The position numbers and the translations under genes were made by a program. A stretch of 64,000 nt of DNA from Terriglobia bacterium (GTDB lineage Bacteria; Acidobacteriota; Terriglobia; 2-12-FULL-54-10): positions 7,331 to 71,330 of the forward strand of contig CAXVYQ010000004.1 in NCBI GenBank assembly GCA_963662495.2, read 5' to 3'. Positions within the stretch are counted from its first letter, which is position 1, and each line of letters starts with the position of its first letter. Shown piece by piece: positions 49,783 to 60,260 of this stretch. Under the pieces are notes generated by a model that saw only the letters and a program-made list of their open reading frames with translations, searched no databases and was not told where the DNA came from.

Positions 49783-51921
49783 TTATTTCAGGACTCCGAG
49801 AGCGTCGCCAATGAGAAGGCCGGAGTCGGCCGGCATGACGAACAGCGGATTGATCTCTATCTCCGCAATGGTCTCCTGGAACTCGACGGCAAGGTTCCCG
49901 AGTTTCCAGATGAATTGGGCGAGGGCCTCGGTATCGGCAGGCGGGGAGTTGCGAAATCCGGTCAGAAGATGGAAGCCCCGAATTTTCCGGATCAGGTCCC
50001 CGGCCTCCCGGAGCGTCATCGGCGCGGGCCACACCACGACATCGCGCATGGCCTCGACGAAAACTCCGCCCAGCCCGAACGTAACGAAAGGGCCGAAGCG
50101 CAGGTCCTGGCGGAGGCCCGCCACCACTTCGCACACCTGGCCGGAGACCATCTGCTCGACGAGTACGCCGTCGAGACGTGCGCCGGGATGGGCGGCCTCG
50201 GCGCGGTGGATGAGATCGGTGAAAGTTTCCGCGACCTCGCCGGGGGAGGAGACGTTCAGCCGGAGGAGACTGGCTTCGGTTTTGTGGAGGATGTCGGGAG
50301 AGGAGATCTTCATGGCGACAGGGGTGGAAATGGAGGCAGCGATGGTCTGGGCTTCCTCAATCGAGCGGGCCAGGCCGCCGCGCGGGACCGGAAAACCCCA
50401 GGAGCCCAGCAGCGATTTTGTCTCCTGCTCGCTGAGCGTGCCCCTCCCCTGCGAGCGGGCGGTGGCGATCAGCTCATTGGCGCTGGCGGGCAGCGCGGGC
50501 GGCGCAGCATCTGCCTCTGGGTCCGATGCTTCCGCTAGCACCTTCCGGCGGGTGGAAACATGCCGGACCATCTTCCCGATGGACCGGATGGCCCGGGCCG
50601 GCTCGGTGAACAGAGGCACCTGGGCCTCGGCCACCATCCTGCAGACGGCCGGGTCCGGGAGCGGGAACCAGGCGACGGCGACGAGCTTGTCCGTGGCACG
50701 GGCCACCTGCGCGATGCCTTCGGCGAGCCGCTCGTGCGCGCCGGGGATGATGCCGAGAAACAGGACCAGCGTGTCGACATTCGGGTCGGCGAGAATGATC
50801 TCCGAGGCCTTGCGGAACAGCTCCGGGTTCGAAACGGCCTGCGCGGTGAGGTCCATGGGATTGGCGATGGAAGCAAAAGCGGGCATGACCTTTTCCAGAG
50901 CCGCCTTGGTTTCGGCGGTGAGGTCGGGAAACTCGATGCCCCACTCGCTGCCGACGTCCGCCATCAGAATGCCGGCCGCGCCGGAGATGGTGAGTATCTG
51001 AACGCGCGCGGAGCGGGGCCGTTTCGGATACTGGGCGATGACGGCCAGGTCGAACAGCTCGTCGAGATTGTCGGCGCGCAGGATGGCGTGTTTGTCAAAG
51101 ACGGCCTGGTAGACCTGCTCCGAGCCGGCCAGCGATCCGGTATGCGACAGGCTGGCCTTGGCCCCCGCGTCCGAGCGGCCCGTCTTCATCATGATGAGCG
51201 GGGTGTCCTGGACAAGCGCCTTTTGGGCGGCGGCCTGGAAAGCCGCGCCATCGCGTGCGTCCTCCAGATAGCCGAGGACGAGGCGGGCGTCCGGGTCGTC
51301 GAGGATATAGTCCAGATAGTCGGAAAAGTCCAGGACACATTCGTTGCCCGTGGTGATCCAGTAGCCGAACCGGACGTTGCGCTGCCGGGCCGCGCCCAGG
51401 ATGTAGGAACTCAGCGCGCCGCTCTGGCTGATGAACGCCGCCGGGCCGACCTCGGGAAAGCCGTCGTTCAATCCCACGCTGAACGACGCCGTGATGCGCT
51501 CGGGCAGGTAGACGAAGCCCGAACAGTTCGGGCCGCAAAGGGCGATGTTGTACTCGCCTGCAATGCGGATCAGGTCTTCCTGCAGGCCGATTCCCGCGGC
51601 GCCGATCTCCGCGAATCCGGAACTGATGATGGCGGCGGCCCTCACGCCCTTCTTGCCGCAGGCCTCCAGAGCGGGCGGAACCATCACGGCTGGCAGCGTG
51701 ATGACCGCCAGATCGACCGGACCGGGAATGTCCGCCACCGAGCCGTAGCAAGGGACGCCGCCCATCTCGGTGTACTTGGGATTGACCGGATAGATGCCGC
51801 CCGTGTAACCGAACTCCTGGAAGAACTGGAAGGGCCGGCCGCTCAGCTTGTTCACCTCCGTGGAGGCGCCGATCAGCGCCACACCGCGAGGGTGGAACAT
51901 TTTGGATAGATCCCAGGCCAT
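49783..51921 (-). CDS. ADP-forming acyl-CoA synthetase (acetate--CoA ligase family, fused alpha/beta)
   Basis: IGAS, YPVNPK, GPNCSG, SQSGA, SHTGSLAG phospho-His and ATP-grasp ILHKTE, EINPL. Confidence 0.9.
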   Translation of the reverse strand: MAWDLSKMFHPRGVALIGASTEVNKLSGRPFQFFQEFGYTGGIYPVNPKYTEMGGVPCYGSVADIPGPVDLAVITLPAVMVPPALEACGKKGVRAAAIISSGFAEIGAAGIGLQEDLIRIAGEYNIALCGPNCSGFVYLPERITASFSVGLNDGFPEVGPAAFISQSGALSSYILGAARQRNVRFGYWITTGNECVLDFSDYLDYILDDPDARLVLGYLEDARDGAAFQAAAQKALVQDTPLIMMKTGRSDAGAKASLSHTGSLAGSEQVYQAVFDKHAILRADNLDELFDLAVIAQYPKRPRSARVQILTISGAAGILMADVGSEWGIEFPDLTAETKAALEKVMPAFASIANPMDLTAQAVSNPELFRKASEIILADPNVDTLVLFLGIIPGAHERLAEGIAQVARATDKLVAVAWFPLPDPAVCRMVAEAQVPLFTEPARAIRSIGKMVRHVSTRRKVLAEASDPEADAAPPALPASANELIATARSQGRGTLSEQETKSLLGSWGFPVPRGGLARSIEEAQTIAASISTPVAMKISSPDILHKTEASLLRLNVSSPGEVAETFTDLIHRAEAAHPGARLDGVLVEQMVSGQVCEVVAGLRQDLRFGPFVTFGLGGVFVEAMRDVVVWPAPMTLREAGDLIRKIRGFHLLTGFRNSPPADTEALAQFIWKLGNLAVEFQETIAEIEINPLFVMPADSGLLIGDALGVLK

Positions 51922-51985
51922 TCTGCAAAATTCCCTTATTCGCGATTTGTCATCTTATGGATGCGTGTGGCAGGACCGAAGGTCG

Positions 51986-53380
51986 TTACCGGCGGGCTTT
52001 CCCTGCTCCGCTGCCTTTGGCCAGCCAATCGGCTGGAACAAAATCGGCGAGGTTCAGGCTATCCATGACCTCATCGGGGACGCTGTGCATCGGAGTGAAG
52101 GAGCCGAGCTGCGGCTTGGCCGTGGCGTCGATGCCCATCTTGGCGGTAACGCCGTCCTGGAGATCGGAGGGGTCCAGGTCCGAGCCGCCCACGTTGCTGA
52201 TGATGGTCACATCCCGGTCCGCCTGGCAGCGCGTGCCCACGGCCCACATCACGCGCTGGTCGTTGAAGATGTCGATGTCATGGTCCACGACGATCACGTG
52301 CTTCATGTACATATCCGAGCCGAGAACCGCCAGAATGGCGTTCTTGCCCTGGCCCTCGGTCTTCTTGTCGATGGACACGTAGACGGTGAACGGCGCGGGG
52401 ATACGCACTGCCCGGACCGAGGGAACCATCGCCTTTACGGAGCGAAACAGGTTGGCCTCCATCGGAATGGTGGACAGCAGCAGGTGGTCCAGATGTCCGA
52501 CGGTGATGTCGTGCAGGTAGGCGTCCTTGCGGTGCGTGATGGCGTTGACCTGGAAGATCTCCCGCTCGCGGCTCCCGAGCGAGTAGCCGGTAAACTCGCC
52601 GAAGGGCCCTTCCTCCACGCGCTCGAAGGGCGGAATCTCACCCTCCAGGATCATCTCCGCGCGCGCCGGAACCATCAGGTCCATGGTCTCGGCCGGGACA
52701 ACTTCCATCGGCTCGCCAGCCAGCGCGCCCATCAGGTCGTACTCCTGCTCATCGATCGAACCGATGTTCAGCGCCCCCAGAGACCAGGCCGGATGCGCGC
52801 CCAGAATGACGGCGACCGGCAGAGGTTGGTTCAACCTTTCGGCATTGGTATAAAACTCCCAGAGATGCTTGGCCAGGGTCAGGTGGATCGACGTGTGGTT
52901 GCGGTCGATCATCATGAGGCGGTTGAAACTGCAATTCAATTTCCCGCTGAGCGGGTCCCGCGACAGCGTGATGCCGGCGGTGAGATACGGCCCCGCATCG
53001 CCCTGGTGGTGAACGATCTGCGGCAACTTCCCGAGGTCCACGTCATCGCCCTTTTGGATGACCTCCTTCACCGGGCCGGTCGCAACCTCGCGCGGCGCGA
53101 CGGGATTGGCGATCCTCTCCAGATAGGTGACCACGGCGGCGCGCGGAGCCGCACCGATGGCCGAGGCCAGCCGCCGCCGCGCGGCATGCAGGTTGGTAAC
53201 GACCGGGAACTCGCTCCCCTTTACATTCTCAAAGATCAGGATGGGGAAGCGGCGTTCCCGTTCCAACTGCACCGCCAGCGCAGTGATTTCAAACCGGGGA
53301 TCGACTTCCTTCTGGATGACCAATACGTCGTCCGGGGATTCCTGTTTGATTTTTTCAATAAAGCCTCGAAAGTCCGTCAC
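51986..53380 (-). CDS. UbiD family prFMN-dependent (de)carboxylase
   Basis: FENVKG, DAGPY, NCSFNR, EGPFGEFTGY, VVDHDIDI, KMGIDAT. Confidence 0.92.
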   Translation of the reverse strand: MTDFRGFIEKIKQESPDDVLVIQKEVDPRFEITALAVQLERERRFPILIFENVKGSEFPVVTNLHAARRRLASAIGAAPRAAVVTYLERIANPVAPREVATGPVKEVIQKGDDVDLGKLPQIVHHQGDAGPYLTAGITLSRDPLSGKLNCSFNRLMMIDRNHTSIHLTLAKHLWEFYTNAERLNQPLPVAVILGAHPAWSLGALNIGSIDEQEYDLMGALAGEPMEVVPAETMDLMVPARAEMILEGEIPPFERVEEGPFGEFTGYSLGSREREIFQVNAITHRKDAYLHDITVGHLDHLLLSTIPMEANLFRSVKAMVPSVRAVRIPAPFTVYVSIDKKTEGQGKNAILAVLGSDMYMKHVIVVDHDIDIFNDQRVMWAVGTRCQADRDVTIISNVGGSDLDPSDLQDGVTAKMGIDATAKPQLGSFTPMHSVPDEVMDSLNLADFVPADWLAKGSGAGKARR

Positions 53381-53452
53381 GATTCTCTCTCACCTCGTCT
53401 GTAAGTTATCTGCGCTACGTCCAGCCTTCTTTGCCTGCGGGAAAAGCGAATT

Positions 53453-54334
53453 CTATATTTTGGCTGCTACCTCTTTGGAAATATCAATAAAATTCGATAT
53501 CCCCTCAAATCGATTATCTCTGCGATAAGCGATAGCGGTTTCCACGTACGGAGCGTGCTGAAACTCACGGAAGACGATTCCCTTCCTCCGCACACCCCGG
53601 ATGGAGGACCGCATGATGGAGACGCCGAATCCTTCACTGATCAACTCCAGCATTGTATACACATTGTCCACTTCATGAACCGTCCGCAGACTCATGCCGG
53701 CATTGCGGCACAGGCTGGCGATCTGCTCGTAGCGACCGGGGCTCATATGCAGCGGGAGGATGATCACCGTTTCATTCGCAATCGCTCTCAGTGAGAGATT
53801 GCGGCGGGAGGCCAGCGGATGATGCTGCGGCAGAGCCAGCACGAGGCGCTCTTTCAGAATCGGTTCCATCGTAAGGCCTTCCGGGTCCACGGGCAAAGTT
53901 ACCAGACCCAGGTCGATCTGTCCGTTGCGGATAGCGGAAAGCTGCTGGGGAGAAACCAGGCTTTTGACGATCACCTGAATCTCCGGGTAGCGTTTGGAAA
54001 ACTCCCGGAGAATATTCATGGCAACGTTGATGTTCGCGGAGGAGCATCCCAGCACGAGCTGCGACTGTTTGTGGCGGCCCGCCTCCAGCGCCAGTCCGGC
54101 GGCCTGCTCCACCTGCTGCAGGATCAGCCGGGCCTCACCGGCAAAAACACGTCCGGCCTCGGTCAGCTCCACGTGCCGCTTGGTCCGGAAGAATAGCTTG
54201 ACCTTCAGATCATCCTCCAGCCGCATGATCTGCTGGCTGAGGGGAGGCTGGCTGATGTGCAGTTTCTGGGCCGCGCGGCCAAAATGCAGTTCTTCGCAGA
54301 CGGCCAGAAAATATCGGAGCTGGCGGAGTTCCAT
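53453..54334 (-). CDS. LysR family transcriptional regulator
   Basis: MELRQLRYF...LHFGRAAQKLHISQPPLSQQI. Confidence 0.95.
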   Translation of the reverse strand: MELRQLRYFLAVCEELHFGRAAQKLHISQPPLSQQIMRLEDDLKVKLFFRTKRHVELTEAGRVFAGEARLILQQVEQAAGLALEAGRHKQSQLVLGCSSANINVAMNILREFSKRYPEIQVIVKSLVSPQQLSAIRNGQIDLGLVTLPVDPEGLTMEPILKERLVLALPQHHPLASRRNLSLRAIANETVIILPLHMSPGRYEQIASLCRNAGMSLRTVHEVDNVYTMLELISEGFGVSIMRSSIRGVRRKGIVFREFQHAPYVETAIAYRRDNRFEGISNFIDISKEVAAKI

Positions 54335-54372
54335 GGCGATTAATATGAAAAACGTCTTAGTCGGACTCTAAA

Positions 54373-54409
54373 TATGTATTGGATTTACCGGGCTGTGTCA
54401 AGCTATAAC
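54373..54409. promoter_or_regulatory. Overlapping divergent promoters between lysR and ubiD
   Basis: Minus-strand TTGACA-N17-TACATA (54401-54373) and plus-strand TATAAC at 54404. Confidence 0.5.
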
Positions 54410-54513
54410 GATTTCTGATACCACCAGCCGTTGATTCCTCCTCCGCCCGCCACGAACCGCGACGGCCGGATGGAGACCAGATCACGACCGGGAAACCAGA
54501 CACAGGAGAGATC

Positions 54514-56052
54514 ATGCTTACCATTCGGGAACTATTGAAAGAATCAGAGGCCATGGGCCAATTGAAGAAGATTTCCCAGCCCGTGGACTGGGATGAGGAG
54601 ATGGGAGCGCTGAACTACATGGTGGCGCAGCGGGAAAACGCGCCCGTGCTCTGGTTTGAGAATGTTCGCGACGCTAAACATGGCGCTACCACGGTCATGA
54701 ACCTGTTCGGGACCGGAAAGGACCGCGTGGCGCTGTCAATGGGGCTGCCGAAGGGCAAGTCCATGATGGAGTTGATTCAGGAAGCAAAGAAGAACTTCGG
54801 CAACCGCGTGCCGCCGGAAATGATTTCTGCCGACAAGGCTCCAGTGAACGAAGTGATTCTGGAAGGTGATGAGATCGACCTCAACGACTTTCCCGCCCCC
54901 AAGATGTGGCCCCGGGATGGCGGCCGTTACCTGGGCACATGGGACGTGCTGGTTACTCGCGATCTGGAGGACGGGCACCTGAATCTGGGCACCTACCGCC
55001 AGATGATCAAGGCTCCGCGCGAGCTGTTCGTCTACTGGTCGCCGGGCAAGGATGCCCGTTTGCAGAGCGAGCGCTACTGGGCACAGGGCAAGCCGTTCCC
55101 CGTGGCCGCCGTCTACGGACCGGACCCGGCCCTGCTGGTTGTGGGCTGCATCACGCTTCCCAAGACCGAGTGCGAATACGACTACGCCGGCGGGCTGTGG
55201 AACGAGCCGGTGAAGGTGTTTCACAGCGACCTGACGGGGCTGGACCTGCCCGCCTCGGCCGAGATCATCGTGGAAGGCTTCATGCACCCCGGCAAGGAAG
55301 GCCGCGAAGGCCCGTTCGGCGAGTTCACCGGATACTACGGTCGTCCGGAGGAGAACACGCCCTACATCGATGTGGAGCGCGTCCGGATGCGCAAGAAGCC
55401 GATTCTGACCAGCGCGCTGATGGCCGATTATCCGGCAAACGAGTTGGGCATCATCTATGCCATCGCGCGCAGTGCGGCGATCTGGACGGATTTTGACAAG
55501 CTGGGCGTTCCGGGCATCAAGGGCGTCTATTGTTTCCCGGAAGGCGGGGGGGGGTTCGGCATCACCGCCGTATCAATCGAGCAGCGCTTCGCCGGACACG
55601 CCGCGCAGGTGGCCGCGCTCGCCGCGCAGGTTCCCAGTGGCGCCTACTACTCGAAACTGATCATCGTCGTGGATGACGATGTCGACTGCTCGGACATCCA
55701 CCAAGTAATGTGGGCTATCGCCACGCGCAGCAACATGGAGAAGGACATCGACATCCTGCGCGAGACCTGGTCCACCTGGCTGGACCCCACCAAGAACCCG
55801 CCCGAAGAGCGGCCCTGGGGCTCCAAGGCGCTGATCAACGCCTGCAAAGAGCATAAGTTCCTGAAGGTGTTCGCCGCACGGAACCGGATCACCCGCGAGA
55901 TGTACGACAAACTCTCCGGGCGCTGGAAGGAACTGGGCCTGGATGGCGAGCCGCCGAATCTGATGGCGTTCGAAGATGGCGAGGGCGTTATTCTGGGCGA
56001 CAAGCCAGCCGGCAAGGGGTCGGATGCCCCCGGCGGCGCACCTTCGATGTAA
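54514..56052 (+). CDS. UbiD family (de)carboxylase, tandem paralog 1
   Basis: DGGRYLGT, NLGTYRQM, EGPFGEFTGYY, VVDDDVD. Confidence 0.92.
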   Translation: MLTIRELLKESEAMGQLKKISQPVDWDEEMGALNYMVAQRENAPVLWFENVRDAKHGATTVMNLFGTGKDRVALSMGLPKGKSMMELIQEAKKNFGNRVPPEMISADKAPVNEVILEGDEIDLNDFPAPKMWPRDGGRYLGTWDVLVTRDLEDGHLNLGTYRQMIKAPRELFVYWSPGKDARLQSERYWAQGKPFPVAAVYGPDPALLVVGCITLPKTECEYDYAGGLWNEPVKVFHSDLTGLDLPASAEIIVEGFMHPGKEGREGPFGEFTGYYGRPEENTPYIDVERVRMRKKPILTSALMADYPANELGIIYAIARSAAIWTDFDKLGVPGIKGVYCFPEGGGGFGITAVSIEQRFAGHAAQVAALAAQVPSGAYYSKLIIVVDDDVDCSDIHQVMWAIATRSNMEKDIDILRETWSTWLDPTKNPPEERPWGSKALINACKEHKFLKVFAARNRITREMYDKLSGRWKELGLDGEPPNLMAFEDGEGVILGDKPAGKGSDAPGGAPSM

Positions 56053-56162
56053 GCTTGATTCCGGCGGGCGGATTGCCGCCTGCTGGAAACGTCAGAATGC
56101 GGGGGAGCGAATCCGGCCCGGCCGGCGCAGCCCCCGTAAGTAAAAAAGGATGAGGACAACGG

Positions 56163-57629
56163 ATGCGCGACCTACGTACTTGGCTCGATGAAGCGGAAAA
56201 ACTGGGTGAGTTGCACAAAATCAGCAAGCAGATGGATTGGGACGAGGAGACCTCCGCCCTGAACTATATGGTGGGGCAACAGGAGGGCGCGCCCGCGCTG
56301 CTGTTTGAGAATATCAAAGATGCGCCGATGGGCTTCCGCACGCTGCATAATCTGTTCGGCACCAGCAAGGACCGGATTGCGATGACCTTCGGCCTGCCGA
56401 CCGGACAACCTCTGATCAACTCGGTTCAGTCACTGCGGCAGAGTTTTCATAAACGGATTCCGCCCTCGGTGGTTGCCGCCGCTGAGGCGACCGTCAACCA
56501 GAACATCAAGCAGGGCAAGGATGCGGACATCTCGATCTTTCCGGCTCCCAAGATGTGGCCGCTCGATGGAGGACGCTACCTGGGCACCTGGGATAGCTTC
56601 ATTACGCGCGATCTGGAGGACGGCCACCTCAACCTGGGAACCTATCGCCAGATGGTGAAGAGTCCCCGGGAGTTGTTTGTCTACTGGTCGCCGGGCAAGG
56701 ACGCCCGTTTGCAGGCCGAGCGCTACTGGGCGAAAAACCTGCCCATGCCTGTGGCCTGTGTCTACGGGCCGGACCCGGCGCTGCTTGCCGTCAGCTGCCA
56801 GACGCTGCCGAAGACGCAATCAGAGTATGACTACGCCGGCGGGTTGATCAACCAGCCGATCGAGGTGTTCAAAAGCGACGTAACCGGTTTGCTGCTGCCG
56901 GCCTCGGCCGAGATCATCATTGAGGGCGAGATGCGTCCGGGGAATGACGGACTGGAAGGGCCCTTCGGCGAGTTCACCGGATATTACGGCCGTCCGGAGG
57001 CCAAGACTCCCATCATCGACGTGAAGTGCGTCCGCTACCGCAACGATCCCATCCTGACCTGCGCCCTGATGGCTGATTATCCGGCCTGCGAGCAGAGCCT
57101 GCTGTTCAGCTTCATCCGCTCAGCCCGCATCTGGACGGATCTGGAACGGGTGGGCGTTCCCGGCATCAAGGGTGTCTATGCGTTTCCCGAGGCCGCCGGT
57201 GGCTTTGGCGCCACGGCCGTCTCCATCGAGCAACGTTATGCCGGCCATGCCGCGCAGGTCGCCGCCCTGGCCGCGCAGGTTCCCAGCGGCGCCTATTACA
57301 CGAAGTTCATCATCGTTGTGGACGAGGATATCGACCCGACCGACATTCATCAGGTAATGTGGGCCATGTCCACCCGCTGCGACCCGGAAGTGGATATCGA
57401 CGTGCTGCGCGAAACCTGGTCCACCTATCTCGACCCCACGAAGAATCCGCCCGAGGAGAGGCCATGGGGTTCCAAGGCGCTGATCAACGCCTGCAAACAG
57501 CACAAGTACATCAAGCAGTTCTCCAAACGCTCCCGCCTGAGCCGCAAAGTCTATGAGAAGCTCGTCTCCGAGTGGGATGAGTTCGGCTTCAAGTTCCCCG
57601 CTCCGCGGATCACGAACTTCGAGGAGTAA
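56163..57629 (+). CDS. UbiD family (de)carboxylase, tandem paralog 2
   Basis: Same motifs as paralog 1, with long shared stretches (ELFVYWSPGKDARLQ, DPTKNPPEERPWGSKALINACK). Confidence 0.92.
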   Translation: MRDLRTWLDEAEKLGELHKISKQMDWDEETSALNYMVGQQEGAPALLFENIKDAPMGFRTLHNLFGTSKDRIAMTFGLPTGQPLINSVQSLRQSFHKRIPPSVVAAAEATVNQNIKQGKDADISIFPAPKMWPLDGGRYLGTWDSFITRDLEDGHLNLGTYRQMVKSPRELFVYWSPGKDARLQAERYWAKNLPMPVACVYGPDPALLAVSCQTLPKTQSEYDYAGGLINQPIEVFKSDVTGLLLPASAEIIIEGEMRPGNDGLEGPFGEFTGYYGRPEAKTPIIDVKCVRYRNDPILTCALMADYPACEQSLLFSFIRSARIWTDLERVGVPGIKGVYAFPEAAGGFGATAVSIEQRYAGHAAQVAALAAQVPSGAYYTKFIIVVDEDIDPTDIHQVMWAMSTRCDPEVDIDVLRETWSTYLDPTKNPPEERPWGSKALINACKQHKYIKQFSKRSRLSRKVYEKLVSEWDEFGFKFPAPRITNFEE

Positions 57630-57899
57630 CCAGCAACCTGACCGGAGGAGTGCTCTTCCCTCAACCCTCTGGTCTGCACCATCGGCGGCAGCGGTCTCCT
57701 CCGCCAGCCGCATTCCGTGCCGGGCATTCCCTGCCAGCCACCAGCCATCACCCGGACTGGGTTCGACCACATCTGAGACGTTCTTCCATTGGAAGGCATG
57801 GAGAACCCATGCCGAAGCATCCCTGGCGGGCGGGATGGATCCGAGGCAATGGCGAATGGGACGGAGTTGAGCTTCTCCGGGCAGTCTCGGGGAGGGCGT

Positions 57900-60260
57900 T
57901 TATAGATCCGGTGCAAAAAAATTTTCCGGGAAGGAACTGATGGTTCCATCGTCCAGGTCTTCGCCGAAGATGGATGACTGCAACAGTTTTGTCGCTTCAT
58001 CCGGTGGTATTGGGCGGGCGAAGAAATATCCCTGAGCCAATTTACACCCATGCGCGGTCAGGTAATCCAGTTGCTCCCTGGTTTCCACGCCCTCCGCAAT
58101 CACTTCCAAACCCAGAATATTTCCCAATGACAAAATGGATTTGATGACGGAGGCATTCCGCTCATCCGAGCCGATTCTGGATGTGAACACCCGGTCGATC
58201 TTCAGGCCGGAAACTGGCAGATCGGTCAGATAAGCCAGCGATGAATACCCCGTGCCGAAATCGTCGATGTGAACGCGAATCCCCATATCCCTCAACTTCT
58301 CCATCATCCGGGTCACCGAAGGAGGGTCGACCATGATCTGTCCCTCTGTAATTTCCAGCGTCAAACTATCCACTGTCAGTCCGGATTTTGATAGAAGTTT
58401 CCGTATTCTCTCGTGCAGTTCTTTGCGCATGAAATACTTGGGAGAAAGATTTACACTAACGCTCAGATGCGGATAGTTGGGAAATTCTTTTTTCCACTCT
58501 GCAATCTGCCGGCTCGATGCTTCCAGCACCCAGTCGGTGATCGGCATGATAAGATCCGTATCTTCGGCGATTTGCAGGAACTCCATCGGCCCCAATAATC
58601 CCTGCTCCGGATGTTGCCAGCGAATCAGCGCCTCAAATGCAACAATGTCCTGTGAAGTTGTGATAACTATGGGCTGGTAGTAGACGACCAGCTCATTTTT
58701 TCCCAGTGCCCGGCGGAGATCATTATCCAGTCGAAGACGTTTTACGGCGCTTTCGTGCATGCTCTGATCAAATACTTGGTAGTTTCCCGGCCCTTTTGAT
58801 TTCGCCCGGTACATCGCTGTGTCCGCATCTCGCAATGGATTCTCGATATCCAAGTATTCTTTGGTGGAAAGGGCGACTCCGATGCTCGCCGTGGTAAACA
58901 CCTCTGCTTCCTGGAGCAGGATCGGGGCTTGTAACGCGATCCGGATCCTCTCGATTGCTCTGGGCACATCGTTCCATTGCCCGACCCCGTCGAGCAGCAG
59001 AGAAAATTCGTCGCCGCCCAGCCGCGAAACCGTATCCGTTGCACGGATGCAGTTTTGCAATCGTTGTGCCACTTCCATCAATAATTGATCGCCTGCCTGG
59101 TGTCCCAAGCTGTCGTTGATGAGCTTGAAACGGTCCAGATCGATGAACAGGACCGCGAATTGATGGCTGGAATCGCGGCTTTCGCGACTGATGGCAAGAG
59201 ACAAATGATCCAGAAAAAGTGCCCGGTTCGGCAGACCGGTCAACGGATCATGAAAAGCGTTATGTTCGAGCTGTTTCTCCAGATTCTTGCGCTCGATCAG
59301 CCTGCCGAGCTGAACACCGATCTGGTCGGTCGCGTCCAGCAGGACCCGGTCCACCTCCATCTTCTCACGAGAGAAAAATTCCAGCACAGCCATCAATTCG
59401 CCATCCACGAACACCGGGAACGCAAACGCTGAAACCAGCCCTGTTTTCCGAGCTTCCGGGGCTCTCGGACATACCAGGTCTCCTGCGATGTCCCGCACCC
59501 ATACAGCCTTTCCGCGTGTGAAAACACATCCGGGAAGCCCCACTCCGTCCTCGAACCGGATCATCTCACTCGCACGGACAAATGGCAGATATTTTTCCTG
59601 GTCATTCACATGCCACAACCGGGAAGAGAGCAGGGAATCGCTCATGGAGTTATCGCGCAGATAGGCATGACCAACCGGCCATTGAATGTATTCACACAGC
59701 TGATCCAGTACAATCCGCAGCGCTTGATCCGTTGAAGGCGCTTCATTGGCCATGGAGGCAATATAGGATATGGACCTGAAACGTTCTCTGGCAAGGTCAT
59801 CGCTTAATTTCTGTTTTTCACACAGTTCCAGAAGGAACTTTTGGTTAAAGCTGGCAACCTTATCGATGATGCTGGCAAAGATGGCGGGAATCAGTTTCGG
59901 GACTTCCGAGAGAAGCCGGATGAACTCATCCCGGGAAATGATGAAGCAGGTCGTCTGATCCGTGGTCCGTGTGGTTGTATCCCGAACGGACTCACCGATC
60001 AGGGACATCTCACCGAAGCAGCCTCCTTCCGCCAAGGAAGAGACCACGTGCGGGGTTCCACCTTCATCCTTTTTTGAAACCGCAACCGACCCCTCCAGAA
60101 TGAGGTAGAGACAATCGGCGAGATCTCCTTCGGCAAAAACGGGTGTGCCCGGCGGGAGGGTAATAATGTTCCCGATAGCAGTCAGCGATTCCAGCGCTTC
60201 GGGACCCAGGCCTTGAAAAATGGGGATTGCACTCAACAATCCATCGACAGTTGTGTTCAT
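57900..60260 (-). CDS. cNMP-binding + GAF + GGDEF + EAL signalling protein
   Basis: CFGEMSL, GVGLPG, HDPLTGLPNR, RLGGDEF, FEALIRW, DDFGTGYSS. Confidence 0.92.
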   Translation of the reverse strand: MNTTVDGLLSAIPIFQGLGPEALESLTAIGNIITLPPGTPVFAEGDLADCLYLILEGSVAVSKKDEGGTPHVVSSLAEGGCFGEMSLIGESVRDTTTRTTDQTTCFIISRDEFIRLLSEVPKLIPAIFASIIDKVASFNQKFLLELCEKQKLSDDLARERFRSISYIASMANEAPSTDQALRIVLDQLCEYIQWPVGHAYLRDNSMSDSLLSSRLWHVNDQEKYLPFVRASEMIRFEDGVGLPGCVFTRGKAVWVRDIAGDLVCPRAPEARKTGLVSAFAFPVFVDGELMAVLEFFSREKMEVDRVLLDATDQIGVQLGRLIERKNLEKQLEHNAFHDPLTGLPNRALFLDHLSLAISRESRDSSHQFAVLFIDLDRFKLINDSLGHQAGDQLLMEVAQRLQNCIRATDTVSRLGGDEFSLLLDGVGQWNDVPRAIERIRIALQAPILLQEAEVFTTASIGVALSTKEYLDIENPLRDADTAMYRAKSKGPGNYQVFDQSMHESAVKRLRLDNDLRRALGKNELVVYYQPIVITTSQDIVAFEALIRWQHPEQGLLGPMEFLQIAEDTDLIMPITDWVLEASSRQIAEWKKEFPNYPHLSVSVNLSPKYFMRKELHERIRKLLSKSGLTVDSLTLEITEGQIMVDPPSVTRMMEKLRDMGIRVHIDDFGTGYSSLAYLTDLPVSGLKIDRVFTSRIGSDERNASVIKSILSLGNILGLEVIAEGVETREQLDYLTAHGCKLAQGYFFARPIPPDEATKLLQSSIFGEDLDDGTISSFPENFFAPDL

